A stretch of DNA of 64,000 bases. Source: Adineta vaga. Taxonomy: Eukaryota; Animalia; Rotifera. The stretch spans positions 1,364,001 to 1,428,000 of the forward strand of contig CP075494.1 of NCBI GenBank assembly GCA_021613535.1. The letters are read 5' to 3'. The notes beneath the pieces were generated by a model. That model saw nothing but the letters and a program-made list of their open reading frames with translations. It searched no databases and was not told the DNA's origin. The translations under genes and the position numbers were made by a program. Shown here piece after piece: positions 40,307 to 52,446 of the stretch. Each line of letters starts with the position of its first letter. Positions within the stretch are counted from its first letter, which is position 1.

Positions 40307-42354
40307 AATTTAAATGCAGGATCGAAGACTGCGGCCATGAAGTACAATGGATCACCATAATGTTCATCATCGATAACATCAGCTTGATTTAATCGATCCA
40401 TAATACCACAAAATCTCTTTTCAAGAGATGATTTTAATTGTTGTACCAATCTGCTACAAAATTTAACATTCCGTTTAATATCACGGAGATGAGTTATTAA
40501 ATGCACAACAGAAGGTACAACCAAACTTGCAGTAACGGCAGCTTCTGCTTGGCATTTGATTGATATTTCATAAAATGGATCGAGGATGATAACTATTTCT
40601 TCTAATATAATAAAATCATTATTAGAAAACTTCACTAGATTGTCCATTAAAGACGTTATGGTATCAGCATCGATTTTAGCAAGAGATAAAATTGATTTAA
40701 TCAATAAATACTCGCTATTCCATCTGGTAACGTTTGATTTATTGATGTGTTTATTCAATTGATCGAGCATATCAGCAAATTTTGTTGATTTGTGTGAAAA
40801 TTTAGCCAAAGCTTGACATTTAGCAAGTACCTTGGGCACATGAGAAGCCTTTTAAGTCCATCTCGTATAGATAATTGCGTGTGTATTGTGTTGAATATCA
40901 ATAATTGTAAAATTGGTTAAATCATTATCTTCTAAAACGAAAGCAAAAATTGAATGAATATTTTATGCATTATTTCATAAGGAAAGCAACAATGGCTATT
41001 TCTTAAATGTTCACAATTTACTAACCATCTGCAGCTTGTAAAGATGTGTTTGTGTTAATTGATAATCCATCTGGATCATCATCATCAAGAAGACTAACAT
41101 TCGAATCATCAGCGTCGTCTTCAACGGATAAACCAAATCGATATGCTTTTATCGTTGACGATGCTTTGTCCGTGACAATAGGATAAACTTTATCTTTTAT
41201 ATTAAATCGATCAAGAATACATTCAGTCAACTGCTGAATGTTTTCACCCGTGTGTGGTGATTTAAATCGAACAAAATCTATTAAATGTGATCGTGATTGG
41301 ATCTTGTTATCAATAAAATGACATGTCACTCCCAAAAATGATCGACATCTCCTGTCGGACCAACCGTCTACGGTTAATGTTACATGATCAACACCATTTA
41401 ATGTTTGATGAATGATTGCATCAACCTTCGATGAGAATGTATGAATAACATTTTCTTTTAATCGTTTTGTTGATGTGGGATCCCATTTTAAATTACACTC
41501 TTTCATAAAATCACGAAAACCTTGATTTTCCACCAGATTCAACGGCAGATTGCATTTGATAGTTAAATATTTGCCAATGACGACATTAATACGATCTTGT
41601 TTGGATTTCATAAATAATGTATCTGTTGAAATATAATCATCATTTTCATTTGATAAATCATCAGATAATGTTTCATCTTGGTTAGGAAACATTTGTCGAT
41701 ATTCGAAAGTATGCTTGCGTTTCAGATGTTTTAAAAAATTACTTGACATACTCCATATTTTTCATTGTAGTTTTTTTTGCATAATTTACAAAATCCATTA
41801 ACTCTGCTCTTGTCGATGTTACTTAGTTCGAAATAATTTTTCCAGCACTCACCAGCCATAAGTAATGATCAATAATATAATACGATTTGTTTTTAAACGT
41901 TCGGTAACTTGCTGGCTATTTGGAGATAAAAAGCTGGTGACATGACTCGATATCGTGTAGTGTACACAAACTATACGTTTATTTTATCCAATACGCTTTC
42001 ACGCATCGCTTTTTATGACCTCCATTCGTTTAATTGTTTTCCATTATGTTTTGTGAAACAAGATTGTTTACTCTACGGATGTCCTTACAATCGAGAACTG
42101 AAAATTTTCTTGCAGAAAACATCAAATGAAGCTTAATACACGTTTTTTTTCTAAGTGCAAGGTACTGAGTACATATGTACTTAGTACCAGTACTAAAGAA
42201 CGAAAATACTGACGTGAGTATATTCGTACTTTGGTACAAGTACAGAGTACAATGTACTCTAGTATATTGTACTTAAATTCAAGTATCAAGTATACACGCT
42301 AAGTAAAAAGTAAATGTACTGGCACTTGGTGTACTTGTACTGTTCCAGTCTCTG
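40300..42354 (-). mobile_element. hAT transposon remnant, 3'-truncated, frameshifted transposase
   Basis: BED finger (FCKLCKK...NFLKHLKRKH), LTVDGWSD..FLGVTCHF, VTDKASS, VTRWNSEY, AVFDPAFK. No C-terminal dimerisation domain. One terminus CAGAGACTGG (minus strand, 42354) with subterminal GTAC(T) repeats at 42160-42340. Confidence 0.85.
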
Positions 42355-43048
42355 CTTCGACGAAATCCAGTCGCTTTATTGCAAAACTCTCAATGAGAGT
42401 TAAGTTTTCACGCATAATAGAAACTACGCTAAAATAAGATAAAGATTTGTCTTAGTTCATGTACAGAATTAGTTGAGACTTTTCTGTTATATCTGTATGT
42501 TGCTGCAAACACTTTGTCGAAAAATCTGACAGGTAACAGCCAACAACACAATTAAGATTTAAAGAAGAGAAGGGGGAATGATCCAAGCACAACTGGTCAG
42601 AAAGAACTGACATTATATTCAAACTCATCATCACCAATGATCTTTGATACAATTGTAAAAAAACGTCGAAAAAACTGATCTTTTTTTTAACCTTTGAACC
42701 CCCTCCCTCTCCTGCATCCTCTATCTACTCGTCTGAAAGTATTAAAAAATATTAATTGAATTCTGAACTATTGGCGTCTAAGAAACGAAGCATGTTTTGT
42801 GCGCTTCGCTAGAGAGGTAACAATTTTATTGAATATTACAGTAGGTAGTTCGAAACAGGAAAAAACTTGGTATATCCAGTTGTCATTTAAAAAAATCATT
42901 AATGAAGTTAAATTAAATAGTAAAGATATACAGGAAAACGTTGAGGAAACAACTTTCGGAACATAAGGTGCCTGGAAAAAAACTCGAAGTCATTGTAGAA
43001 GCACGGTATTTTTTCTATTTGGAACAAATCACCAGTTGGTTCAGTGGG

Positions 43049-43621
43049 TTATCGACGACCGATAATCGGTATGCAAATTTCATTTCTCCGATATTGGGGC
43101 ATTGTGTCTGGTCGATTGTAAGTAAGATACATGACGTCACTCTCGTTTGGCGACAATAGAATACCGTCTCGAGTTGCAGCCTGTCGAAGTTCTTGTTCTT
43201 TAGCGGCGTTTCTAACTGTAGTTGTTGTCATATTGAATGCAATACAAGCCAACGGAGGTAAATTCGACTGTTCAAAGAGCCGAACACTTCTGTCACTCGT
43301 CATTGGTAACTGATTCAATGACTTAAAATTTGATGGTGACATGATGAAACTCATCTTTCGTCGAATGCTTCTGTCCATTATCGTTTCTTGTGTGATTACT
43401 GGAACTGTCATGGCGATTTTCATATGAGCATTGTTATTACCAGAAATATAGCCGAACAATGGAGAAAAACCATATTCTCTCCCAGATGTAAAATCTGTAT
43501 TTAGCGGTACTTCGTACGTACACTGGGCCCATATTTGTGCATGATAGCGACGAATTTCGTAGCCATTCTTCCTTTCAATTACATCGTACGGTGGAGTCTC
43601 CGTGTTAACTTCAGTTGACAT
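43049..43621 (-). CDS. SOUL/heme-binding protein family
   Basis: ETPPYDVI..YEIRRY, GFSPLFGYISGNN...KIAMTVPV, MSFIM, YNRP...RRNEI motifs; 190 aa, intronless. Confidence 0.93.
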   Translation of the reverse strand: MSTEVNTETPPYDVIERKNGYEIRRYHAQIWAQCTYEVPLNTDFTSGREYGFSPLFGYISGNNNAHMKIAMTVPVITQETIMDRSIRRKMSFIMSPSNFKSLNQLPMTSDRSVRLFEQSNLPPLACIAFNMTTTTVRNAAKEQELRQAATRDGILLSPNESDVMYLTYNRPDTMPQYRRNEICIPIIGRR

Positions 43622-44046
43622 TTTTCTTGCTAAAAATCTAAAATACCGAATAACAAATAGAAATGTGGGAATGAGAGAAAGAGTATTTATATTCTACTAG
43701 TTATGTAAGACGTTGATAATTGCGTCCTTGTGACTTTCACTGTCTTTCTTTCTTTGAAAAGAACGAGAAAACTATGTTTTTTTTCTTTCTGCGCAGAAAG
43801 AAATCAAGTTATATTAGCCACCATGTGACGCCGTCGATCCAGTTTACTGATTCGTCCTCCGTCAAGAACACTCAAGAAAGAGAATGAAAGTATGCTTTTT
43901 TTCTTTTTCTGCCGACGAAAAAGGCATTACGTGAGTAGCAGTTGACAACGCAAGATTGAATAAAATAAAGTAACACAACGAACGAACAACATGAAATGTA
44001 TACGATTCACCATTGAGATAGAAAGTAGAGATACAAGAAGATAGTA

Positions 44047-44432
44047 CAGGAAGGTGCAAAAGTCACTTAACCCAAAAAAAATGGAATATCTCCTTTACAA
44101 CTCAAGTATATGAGCTGATTTTTTATCGATGTTTGAGACTTGCCTAAAGAAACTCTTGTGGCTGATCGTTGTCACATGTGTTTTAGTACAGAAAAGAACT
44201 AACAGTGAATATGTCTTTTTTTTCTTGATAAACTACTTTTCTTTATCATACACTATTTTTCTCTCATTTGTGAGAAAAAGTAAATTTTTCTTGGATGAGG
44301 TCTCTAGTAATACTTAACAAAGAGTTTCTCTAGGCATGTCTCTACCATTGATAAAATAATCAGCTCATTTACTTGAGCTGTAAAGGAGATATTCAATTTT
44401 GTTTTGGGCTAAGTGACTTTTGCACTCTCCTG
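44047..44432. mobile_element. Tc1/mariner-type MITE with ~110-bp imperfect TIRs
   Basis: TA|CAGGAAGGTGCAAAAGTCACTTAACCC...GGGCTAAGTGACTTTTGCACTCTCCTG. The inverted match continues through GAATATCTCCTTTACA.CTCAAGTA.ATGAGCTGATT. The right flank reads TC rather than TA. Confidence 0.85.
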
Positions 44433-44680
44433 TCTTTATTATTCTGATGAAATATCGGTTGCTGAAAATCAAAAGTTAGGACTAACAGATTTCACTTGTC
44501 TTTTCTTCAAGAGGTACGATCAGTCTGCTTTCGAGTGATTGAGGTGTAAGTCTTTTCGAGATCTGTAAAGCGATAAGACTATTTCATCTATCAATTATTG
44601 TCTTGAATGAATCAAGAAATAGTAGTTTATTGAAGTAGAACGGTAGATAGTAAATATAAAATACTTATAAAAAGGGTGCA

Positions 44681-44992
44681 TTAGTGTGTGTAGTCACAGA
44701 CATAAAAATCATCGTATCCTTCAACAATAAAAAAACAAAATCTTGTGCTTTCGCCAATATAACCATTATCACCACGAAGACGAAGAGGACTAGAAGGATC
44801 AAATTGAGTAAGAAGACGAGCAGCAACAGCACCATAATAACCAGCATTCTTATTACGAGGGGTATTAGCAGCAGCATAAGCATAACCATAAGCAGCAAGA
44901 TCACCCTTAAAACCATTAGGAGCACGATGGCTATAATCATCGTCAATATCAACAACATGATCCTCGCGATGACAACGAGGACAAGGTGGCAT
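44681..44992 (-). CDS. Small hypothetical protein (103 aa) with N-terminal CxxC
   Basis: ATG in AAAATG context; MPPCPRCHREDHVVDIDDD...AAYGYAYAAAN...YVCDYTH. Coding-like composition relative to the flanks. Confidence 0.55.
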   Translation of the reverse strand: MPPCPRCHREDHVVDIDDDYSHRAPNGFKGDLAAYGYAYAAANTPRNKNAGYYGAVAARLLTQFDPSSPLRLRGDNGYIGESTRFCFFIVEGYDDFYVCDYTH

Positions 44993-46580
44993 TTTGTTGG
45001 ATGATTCTAAACGAAATTTACGCAAGTTTTTTCAACAGTACTCGTAGACAGAATTTTTGATAATCTGTTCCTAATGGCAAGGCCATAATATATAATGAGT
45101 TCTGTAAATTATCTATTTCAAGAGAAACATTAGTGACGCAAGTATCTTGCTGAAGTTCCACTTTATTCTTTCATTACTAAAATACTGGTGTTAGTTCGTT
45201 CAGGACTGATGAAAAAGTTGTTGAGAAAAAAAGCGATGATGGACGATTTCTAAGTGCGCGACAAAACGTCTCTCTTCCTCGCTCTTTCATAGCTTTCCAG
45301 AATCGTCAGAGTTGACTCGAGATAACCGATCTCTTCAGGCTTTTCTTCAAAGTCCAGGTAGGCTATCGATCATGGAAGTGTTTGCTGGATTTCTAAAAGT
45401 TTAACCACTTTGAAATCGCCTTGCTGTAACAAAGGAAATGCAAAAATTATTCTACGATGTCTAATAGAAACTATAGTATGATAAGTTCTTTGTCTTTATA
45501 TAACCCATTTCATTAGATAGCCAAAAACTACGGCTTCTATGCTTTCTCACACGATGTGACAAACGGTAAGTAATGTGACCGTACGAGTGAAACTGCCTTA
45601 TCCAGTAATTTAGTTACTTATGAACTTGTCGTATTGCAGGAAGCTCGTAGAAATCGCTATATATAATACTGAGGTTTTCTTCGGAAATGTCTGACTTGGA
45701 TATTCCATGAACTATGAAGAAAAGAATGTGTCGGAAAAAGGCGTTGTATATGATGCAATTTGAATAAATTGAGTGATAATGTTCGAAAAGAAAGATTAAT
45801 TGTGTTTCCAGAGATTTAGTAATACACTATGATTTGTACAAAATGTAAGAAAATGTACCACTAGATATCATAGGGTGTTTCAAAACACGAAAAACCAATT
45901 CACTACCGTATTTGTGTTGCTTCAAAATGGAAGTCTAGGGATCGAGAGTCCTGAAATCTTTCATCGAAAAAAGATGTAGTTTTGGTCGGTGATGTTATTG
46001 ACGCCAAAATATATTCTCATGCTGATTTGCTCATTCCTCAATGAGTCACTTTTCTGAAATAGATAATATGGTTCACAATCTATTCAACCGAGAACTTCTC
46101 TTAGAACTTTCGCGTCTTTATCAAGAAAATAAAATGATACTCACAAATGATGCGATATCTTCAGCTGACGCAGATGTCGCTTGTCCAGCTCCTCCAGCAC
46201 CATAAAAATTCAACCAGTTATTATACACTATCTCACCCTCAGAATTCAAAAGGAAATCAAACAGAAACTCATTCGATTTCTACTAACTATGAGAGTCCTT
46301 CTTTTATTTTCAGAAGAAAAAAACTTCTTATTGCAAGAGAAACTAGAAACAAAGGAGGAACCAAAACAATAATAAAAGCACGACGCTATTTTCCTCCTCT
46401 AAGAAGGACGACTAAGGGTTATGTCATCTGATGTGATAATGGTGTAAGGAGTTTATGACGAAAATAAATTACAAAATAATTCAAAATTTCTATACTTTAT
46501 AAAAAGTAATTTATTGAAACGTTCTACAACAATCTATAAAGATACAGACGAGTAAATGAAATGAGTATATATGAAGTATA

Positions 46581-46754
46581 CAGTGGCGTCCCGAGGGGGG
46601 GCGCGTGGGGCGTAACGCCCCCCCTGCTTCGGGAAAATTTTTGTTTTTTTTGCTCGCCAAAATTTTTTGCAGCAGAAAAAAAAAATTTTTTTGGAAAATT
46701 TTCAAAAATTTTTCGCTGCGCCCCCCCTGCTTTTGGCACCTCGGGACGCCCCTG
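46581..46754. mobile_element. hAT-type MITE (174 bp)
   Basis: TIRs CAGTGGCGTCCCGAGG / CCTCGGGACGCCCCTG (15/16 match). 8-bp TSD GAAGTATA / GAAATATA (7/8). Confidence 0.9.
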
Positions 46755-46980
46755 GAAATATAAGGTCTAGAAGTATCTGTCATATTCTATCAATAGGTAT
46801 CATAGGCTGTGAACATCTTTTAGAGTTTAAAAGCGACTATAAAGCATAGCGAGGTCTATCAAAAGTCTATTAAAGGACTACCTGAGTCTACCAGCATCTT
46901 TTCTCCCCTACCTTCATTCAACAAAATACTCACTGTGGGTGTATTTCACATTCACTCTTACCTTCAAGATACACGCGCCG

Positions 46981-47208
46981 TTATTCACCATAAAACGAAA
47001 GTAGCTCACGGTCCTTACCTGATAAAGTATTAAAAGGAACCATATTCGATGAGGTAGAGCCAGAATTAATTCTTTCTCCACTCGTACATTCTGATTTGTG
47101 ACGTGACCAATCGGTTGAACGACATTTTTTGGAACAATAGCAAGTTCGACAATAGGAACAACATTTGCTTGTGCTTGTGAAGATTTGACACTTTGTGCAG
47201 GTAGGCAT
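46981..47208 (-). CDS. MYND-type zinc finger protein (probably first exon or fragment)
   Basis: CTKC...CSYCRTCYCSKKCRSTDWSRHKSEC matches the MYND consensus. Possible splice donor G|GTAAG near 47017; downstream exons not identified. Confidence 0.75.
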   Translation of the reverse strand: MPTCTKCQIFTSTSKCCSYCRTCYCSKKCRSTDWSRHKSECTSGERINSGSTSSNMVPFNTLSGKDRELLSFYGE

Positions 47209-49567
47209 AGCTGTGTATGATGAATATGCCTGCTGTTCTTATCTTACAACAATAATGGTATACAAAGTATTTTTTGAATCAATTCTCTAAATGGAGAAGT
47301 GAAAGAATAGCAATTTTTCGTTTTATCTTGTTCTGACTGTTACGAGATGATTATCTGATTGCACAGCTCAACATAGAGATACCAAGTATAGCCGTATGTG
47401 GAATGAAAATGTGTAACTCATAAACACTGATCGAAATAAAACTAATTTAACCAGAGGCGGACCAACGTAGAACTTTTAGGTGTGTTAATAAAAAGTTTGC
47501 CTGTAGAAGTGTTCCGAGATCGATAATATTGAGAGGAGAGAGAGTGTTGACGATTTTTTCGAATTTCCAGATGGGTTTCAAAGATTCAGAAGAAACAAAT
47601 GAAATTTAAGGGAGTAACCCCTCAACCCAATATGCTTCTTCTCTGAATGATAATCCAAATCTGACTAGGTATCTACATTTGTAATGTTTGCATCTCCGTA
47701 ATAATTAATTTACTTGAACTGAAATTATCAATTTCCTCCTACACTCGCTAGCTCTGCGTACTGTGAAAATATTAGCCAAGTAGGTGAGAATGATTGACCA
47801 GCGTTGAACATGACTCGTATCTCATGGCTTCTAGGATACAACGTACACACTTCTATACAGATAGAAACAATACGAACTTTAGACGATTGAGTACTCACAT
47901 ATACTTCTTATATAGTCGTGCTATTCATAAGGTATAACTTTCAAGAAAACTTGCTTCTAAGTTGTTGCAACTTACCTTGTTAGTAATAACTTGGCCAAGT
48001 TATTCTATCGTTTTGAAAAGACTCAGTACATTATCTACGACTTGGCAACTCTTTTTGTATATAGAAAGAAGAATTACGACTGGAAAAAAACCCACTACAG
48101 AATTGAGAAAAAAATCTACTCGCCAATGAGTCGTTATCGTAAAAGATGTCACCGAATTCAAGATAGCTTATAGTCAGAACCTAAAAAAACGAGTCGTATG
48201 AAGTAAACCAAAAATGTGCTCTGAGAAATGTTGCTCATTGCTACAGATGTGTCGGACCAGTCCTAATTCGAGGCCGAGACCATGAAGAAAAACGTTATCA
48301 GGACTGGACCCGACCTACCAGAAAAATACAAGCTGAGGATGTGGATGAGTGTTATTTTCTCATCCATGCCCATATCCACTCTTACTCACATCACTCTCTT
48401 TCGTATCCTGCACTCGCAGAACACTTTCTACGACGTATATATGATGTAAAAGAGGGTAAAACAATGTATAAGATCACAACACTTGCATGTTTTTTGTTGA
48501 CTCTTATAGCATCCATTGGGTCAATTTTTATTCAGTTATCAAAATTTATCGATGTAGATGTGAGTAGTACGTTGATAGATTATATACAGACAGTGATTCA
48601 CATTGTTATTTTGACGAGCAAATAAAAATACCCAGTCTCATTACTTTTTTTATATAGTGGTAAGAAAATTCTCCAAAGCAAACAGAAAGGAAGAAGAAAA
48701 TAGAAAGACATCATCTACCTACGATAATTTCCATTTACTCGAAAAAGTAACATAACGTAATTAATGAATTAAATTTTCGTGGCACTTGCAAGAAACCGGA
48801 AACTATTTGTGTTCAAGAGCATCGATGCAGCAAGGGACCTGTGTGCTATCCAATCGCTTTAGCAAATCTGGCAGTCTGTCCGTCGATGCCTTCTACAAAT
48901 CTCACAGTTATTGCAAGTATGTCATTTTCCAATTAATATCTATATTTTTCAAACGATTACTCGATATTGAATTCTGATATAAGTTTGGATATTACCTGTA
49001 AAACTGCCAAGACAACTTACACTAATAGCAGCAAAGATTATACCAACTTGGTTGCTTCTTATAGTAGGAATTCTTTAGCTCAGTTTCGATAAGAAAGAAT
49101 CGCATTCTAGCATAGATCTTTACAACAGAGCCATTGAATCTTTTGTCAGATTATTGAACGTATCCTTTGAATTTTAACGAGTACTAATTGCTTCATTTTC
49201 ATTCTTTGGTTTTATATTTAAAATAATACAAGGATTAACCCGTTACGATCGGCTGCGAGCAGAGCGCAGGCAAAAACTTATTATTCTATATATTTTTCCG
49301 CTGTAGATGTGAAGGTCACCGAATTCGAGTTTGGAATCTAAAGAACTGACACTAAGCGGAACGTGAACATGCTACTTTCAGGTACTATCTGGCCGTAAAG
49401 ACACAACAGAGAGTATGAATGCGTGGGTGCAAATGTGGATGTGAGTGCCGTTAACAGTAACGAACACAATATCAGCCACACCCTTAGAACATTCGTTTAT
49501 CAATTCTTATTATTCGAATTCGTTTTCATAAGACTTTTTCATACGTATCTTTTTTATATAGAACCAG

Positions 49568-49736
49568 AATCTGAAATTACAGTTTGTAAAAAAGCAACCT
49601 GAAAAGCTGGCAAAGTAGTGGCAGGTGGTACATCGGGATTCGAATTGTCTCAACTTTCGGTGGCAACAGAATTCGTTAATGATGATGATCGAAATATATA
49701 TATCGCTGATATGCACAATAACCGGATAGTTCAATG
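49568..49736 (+). pseudogene. NHL-repeat exon fragment
   Basis: Manual translation between AG and GT sites: SEITVCKKAT*KAGKVVAGGTSGFELSQL...DDDRNIYIADMHNNRIVQW, with in-frame TGA at 49600. Confidence 0.7.
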
Positions 49737-51007
49737 GTAAACACATTATTGGCTAGATTTTTTATTTCGTCAGCATTTCCCCTTTTTTACTGAATTTGAA
49801 ACACTAATTTTATCGATATTCAGTTTCTCTGACTGTCTGTCAAAGATTAGCAAACAGAAGTGAACTGTAGCCATTCAGCGACAGTTTGACGACTTTTTTC
49901 AGTTTCCTTGCCGAGGTTGCTCTTATTATAAGTGATGAGGTACAATTGTGTTAAGTATGTTGTTTATAAAAGAAATAGTTTTCCACATAATGAGCTGTCG
50001 ACAAGGTAGTATGACGTATATTTTAATTTTTTCCGGGTTTTTACCAACAGTTTCGTAAAACAAGACAGACAACTGATTTGGCCGACAAATGTTCGAAGCT
50101 AAAAAGATTTACTTTTCACACAGAGCTCGATCAAACGTGTGGAAAAGTCAGGATGAAGAAGCAAACTCACTCAAAATTTCATTCATACCTACTATAGTCT
50201 CATCCTCGCCCGCATTCTCACACACACCCTCTCAAGATGGAAACAGAACAAAATCAATATTTGTCTTGATATTTTGCGGTGATTTAGTGAAGGTACTGGT
50301 GTGGATTACTTAGATGTGTGTTCTCACACCCACCCTTACTCTCACCTTCAAACCTACTGACTACTTATTGGTCTATCAAATCGAATTTTTTGGAATGGGA
50401 TCAACTTGAATATAAATTCTGTCACCTAATAACAAGTTTTTTAAAATCAATATTTTCTTTATTGAAATTGCTCTTGAACTAAAACAGATATGTACGAATT
50501 ATGATCAATTGCAGCCATCGTAAGGATGAATTTGAGAGTTCTTTAAACCCAGATCACATCCTCATCCTGAAATGCTTGAACACATTGTCGAAAAAGAAGC
50601 ATGTCGATTGTCAAATGTATTTAGCTGTCATTAAGGGGAAATCAACTGATAATTTTGAGAAATCATGAAAATAAACTTCAAAATCAGGAAATTACTTAGT
50701 TTTTCCTTGGTTTTCATTCGAAAATAAATCAGTCTCTTTGTGATAAAAATTAGCAAAAGAAAATTTTGTTTGTTTTCATTAATGATATTTCTTGAAGTTT
50801 GAGTTTCTTATTACATTTGAAGCGCTAGGAGAACTCGAATATGATCCTAGAAGTGAGAACATCATGAATTGCGAAAGATTATTTATTGAAGTATATGTTT
50901 TTCAGGGTTATTTTTTGTAGAATGTAGACAAGAAAATAACAGCATCATAGGCTCGTATTGTTATCGAGATAAAATGAAATCGAAGAAAGTTGATGTGGTC
51001 GTTGTAT

Positions 51008-51844
51008 TCATATGTCTCTCCGACATCCTGAATAGAATACAGTCATGAGTTTCATAAGATGTTCCTTGATTTTCTCTGATTCGTTTAATAATCCTCGACC
51101 CTTGTAAATAGTCTTGTATTTATCGACCAGATTGTTAAAGTTTTGCTGGCGCGTTATTTTGTTGCCAGAAAATATATGATAGGTTTTACCATTTTCCCAA
51201 AATAATCCAAGATTAATCTCATTATCTCTGATGAGTTGACAAGCCATGGCTATACCGAGACCTACCGATAAATCGTGGTATTCGTCTTTTAAACCACCAT
51301 TGTCATTGTTACGTTTGTGATCGACAATGCGACGACGTACGATCTCCATTAGAAAAAGAAGCATGACTTCGGGATCATCGATACCATCTTCTGGTGGAAT
51401 ACTTCCATATGACTTCGGTATCCAAGTTGATGGGTACAAGCCATAATTTCCTGGTTGTCCAGTTTTGGGGCTTCCATCATAATTCGATACGATGAAAAAC
51501 GCTTTGTCTCCAAACGAGATTCTTATCATCAATCTATCATGGCCTTCTAATGCATACATGTTGTATTTAATAGTATATTCTGATCCATCTGGCAGCTTTT
51601 TACCGATCCCATCTAATTTGGCTTGTTGAAGTTCTATTAAGCAGAGAACTATAAATTTATATTCTTTCTGGTCAAGAACGATTGCTTCAGCGAACTTGTT
51701 GTAGTATTCCTTAGACTCAAAGCAACTATCAACCCTTCTTTTCATTTTTGACAGCCTGTCTGTATAAATATCTTTCCAATTTGTCCAAAACTCATCTTCA
51801 ATATCGAAGTAAAACTTGTTTAGATCACCATCTTGTCCTGCACC
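51008..51844 (-). CDS. Hypothetical protein (terminal exon, ~278 aa); faint ribosome-inactivating-protein-like motif order
   Basis: The frame stays open upstream of Met 51745 to an AG acceptor (GAGQDGDLNKFYFDIEDEFWTNWKDIYTDRLSKM...). No confident family. Confidence 0.6.
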   Translation of the reverse strand, partial: GAGQDGDLNKFYFDIEDEFWTNWKDIYTDRLSKMKRRVDSCFESKEYYNKFAEAIVLDQKEYKFIVLCLIELQQAKLDGIGKKLPDGSEYTIKYNMYALEGHDRLMIRISFGDKAFFIVSNYDGSPKTGQPGNYGLYPSTWIPKSYGSIPPEDGIDDPEVMLLFLMEIVRRRIVDHKRNNDNGGLKDEYHDLSVGLGIAMACQLIRDNEINLGLFWENGKTYHIFSGNKITRQQNFNNLVDKYKTIYKGRGLLNESEKIKEHLMKLMTVFYSGCRRDI

Positions 51845-52446
51845 TGTATTTGTCTAAAACATAAATAATTCGTAACGTATTATCAAAATAATTCTCATGT
51901 TATTCGCATGTAGTTATCTGTCACCGAACAGAAATGTGATGATTTGATTTTCTGTGGCTCTTTCGTAAGGCAATAGTGGGAAGTATTTTAAAGATCATTA
52001 TTGAAAAGTTGTAGGGATCATTTTGTCAGGTATAGCAAGTTAATATTCAGAAAGTCAATCGTGCTCGTAAAGTTATACGGAATGGTCGTCTTCTTTCTAA
52101 TTTGTTATAGTGTTATTTAATACCATTAACATTAAACAAAAGTATCATATTATTATGATAATATTTGAAACTAGAAAATATAACTCGTATTAACAGTTTG
52201 AGTGTGGGTTAAGAGAACGCACTCCCGTACACTCAAAAAATAGCCAATCTCATTTCTTTCAGTAGCTTCAGTTTTTCAGTTGTTTTTTACTTTATCACAG
52301 CGGCTTTTTTATATTGATTAAGTATACAGAAAAAATCTCAACATAGTTGAGATACGATTAATTTAACAAATTCATCCTCATGTATTGGGTTTGAGTTTCC
52401 TTCTTTTTGGAAATTGATCTAAGAAAACTCTATAATACGTTCTATA

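Noticed and set aside
44443-44495. CTGATGA...GAAA hammerhead ribozyme candidates (also ~23752 and minus strand ~45304)
   Set aside because: Stem II cannot pair or is too short, and no convincing stem I was found.
44665-45004. Hydrophobic ORF 44665..44958 (-) and Ser/Thr/Ile ORF 44684..45004 (+)
   Set aside because: Alternate-frame and antisense shadows of the 44681..44992 ORF.
46511-46849. Four overlapping short ORFs
   Set aside because: They arise from the GC-rich ends and A/T tracts of the 174-bp MITE.
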